Positions 63,762-64,000 of a stretch of 64,000 nt of DNA are shown here, one piece after another (position 1 is the stretch's first letter; each line of letters opens with the position of its first letter). Source of the stretch: a virus; the IMG/VR virus record IMGVR_UViG_3300005077_000004, positions 1 to 64,000 of that record; one strand, 5' to 3'. The notes under the pieces are model-generated. The model ran no database searches. It was not told the DNA's origin and saw only the letters and a list, made by a program, of their open reading frames with translations. Made by a program: the position numbers and the translations under genes.

Positions 63762-64000
63762 GATCTTTAACCTTATACTTTCGAGACGCTTGAGTATGCA
63801 ACACCACAGGATCACCATCCAAAGGTTTGATTTTTGGTGCTAACGTTCTCAATGAATCATCAAACACAAAACAATATGAATACGGAAGCGGTTTGACTTT
63901 TATTTTGTGCCTCTCGTAACCACCAGCGGAAATCAATTCCCGCAAACAATGTTGATCCCCGAAACGAAAAACCGAACTTCGACAACCAAGATCCCAATCT
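63742..64000 (-). CDS. hypothetical protein, 5'-truncated by the window edge
   Basis: I checked by hand that the reading frame stays open to nt 64000. The M at 63945 in the ORF track is a TTG inside a longer frame. Confidence 0.4.
   Translation of the reverse strand, partial: DWDLGCRSSVFRFGDQHCLRELISAGGYERHKIKVKPLPYSYCFVFDDSLRTLAPKIKPLDGDPVVLHTQASRKYKVKDHASKKN

Noticed and set aside
1-64000. Possibility that this is a prophage, or a eukaryotic giant-virus fragment (because of the PARP, caspase-like and glycosylation genes)
   Set aside because: There is no integrase, att repeat or flanking bacterial housekeeping gene. Shine-Dalgarno-like sites, TAATG/ATGA coupling, the T4-like portal and neck proteins and intrinsic terminators point to a tailed bacteriophage. 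The eukaryote-like genes are more likely horizontally acquired.

Overview
Gene-dense, AT-rich (by eye) segment of a tailed dsDNA phage genome. Neighbouring genes are often translationally coupled through TAATG or ATGA overlaps. I saw no rRNA, tRNA, CRISPR array, integrase or att-like repeats. The window has three parts. (1) 1-21.3 kb holds early/accessory genes, mostly on the minus strand: a coupled operon encoding a His-rich-domain/polynucleotide-kinase fusion and a caspase-like protease; a purine-salvage pair (Gpt-like phosphoribosyltransferase and GMP reductase) flanking a free-standing homing endonuclease; a PD-(D/E)XK nuclease; two metallophosphoesterases; a CX5R cysteine phosphatase; a SWIM-finger protein; and small membrane proteins and a lipoprotein. 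(2) 21.3-42 kb is a divergently organised virion module: a T4 gp20-like portal, a T4 gp13-like neck protein, three tandem paralogous beta-helix (tailspike/depolymerase-like) genes, hyper-acidic proteins and an 827-aa protein. I could not recognise a major capsid protein, terminase or sheath. (3) 42-64 kb is a minus-strand accessory island running to the window edge. It contains about 10-13 predicted glycosyltransferases, 4 methyltransferases, 2 sulfotransferases and a GT-like/radical-SAM fusion. It is interrupted by a nucleic-acid end-sensing/sealing block: Rnl2-type RNA ligase, a SEC-C protein, a eukaryote-type WGR-PARP with an intact H-Y-E triad, and an ATP-dependent DNA ligase. The best candidates for something new are the phage-encoded sulfated/methylated-glycan island, the PARP-ligase block, and the kinase-caspase operon. 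All functional calls come from motifs read by eye. No database search was run.
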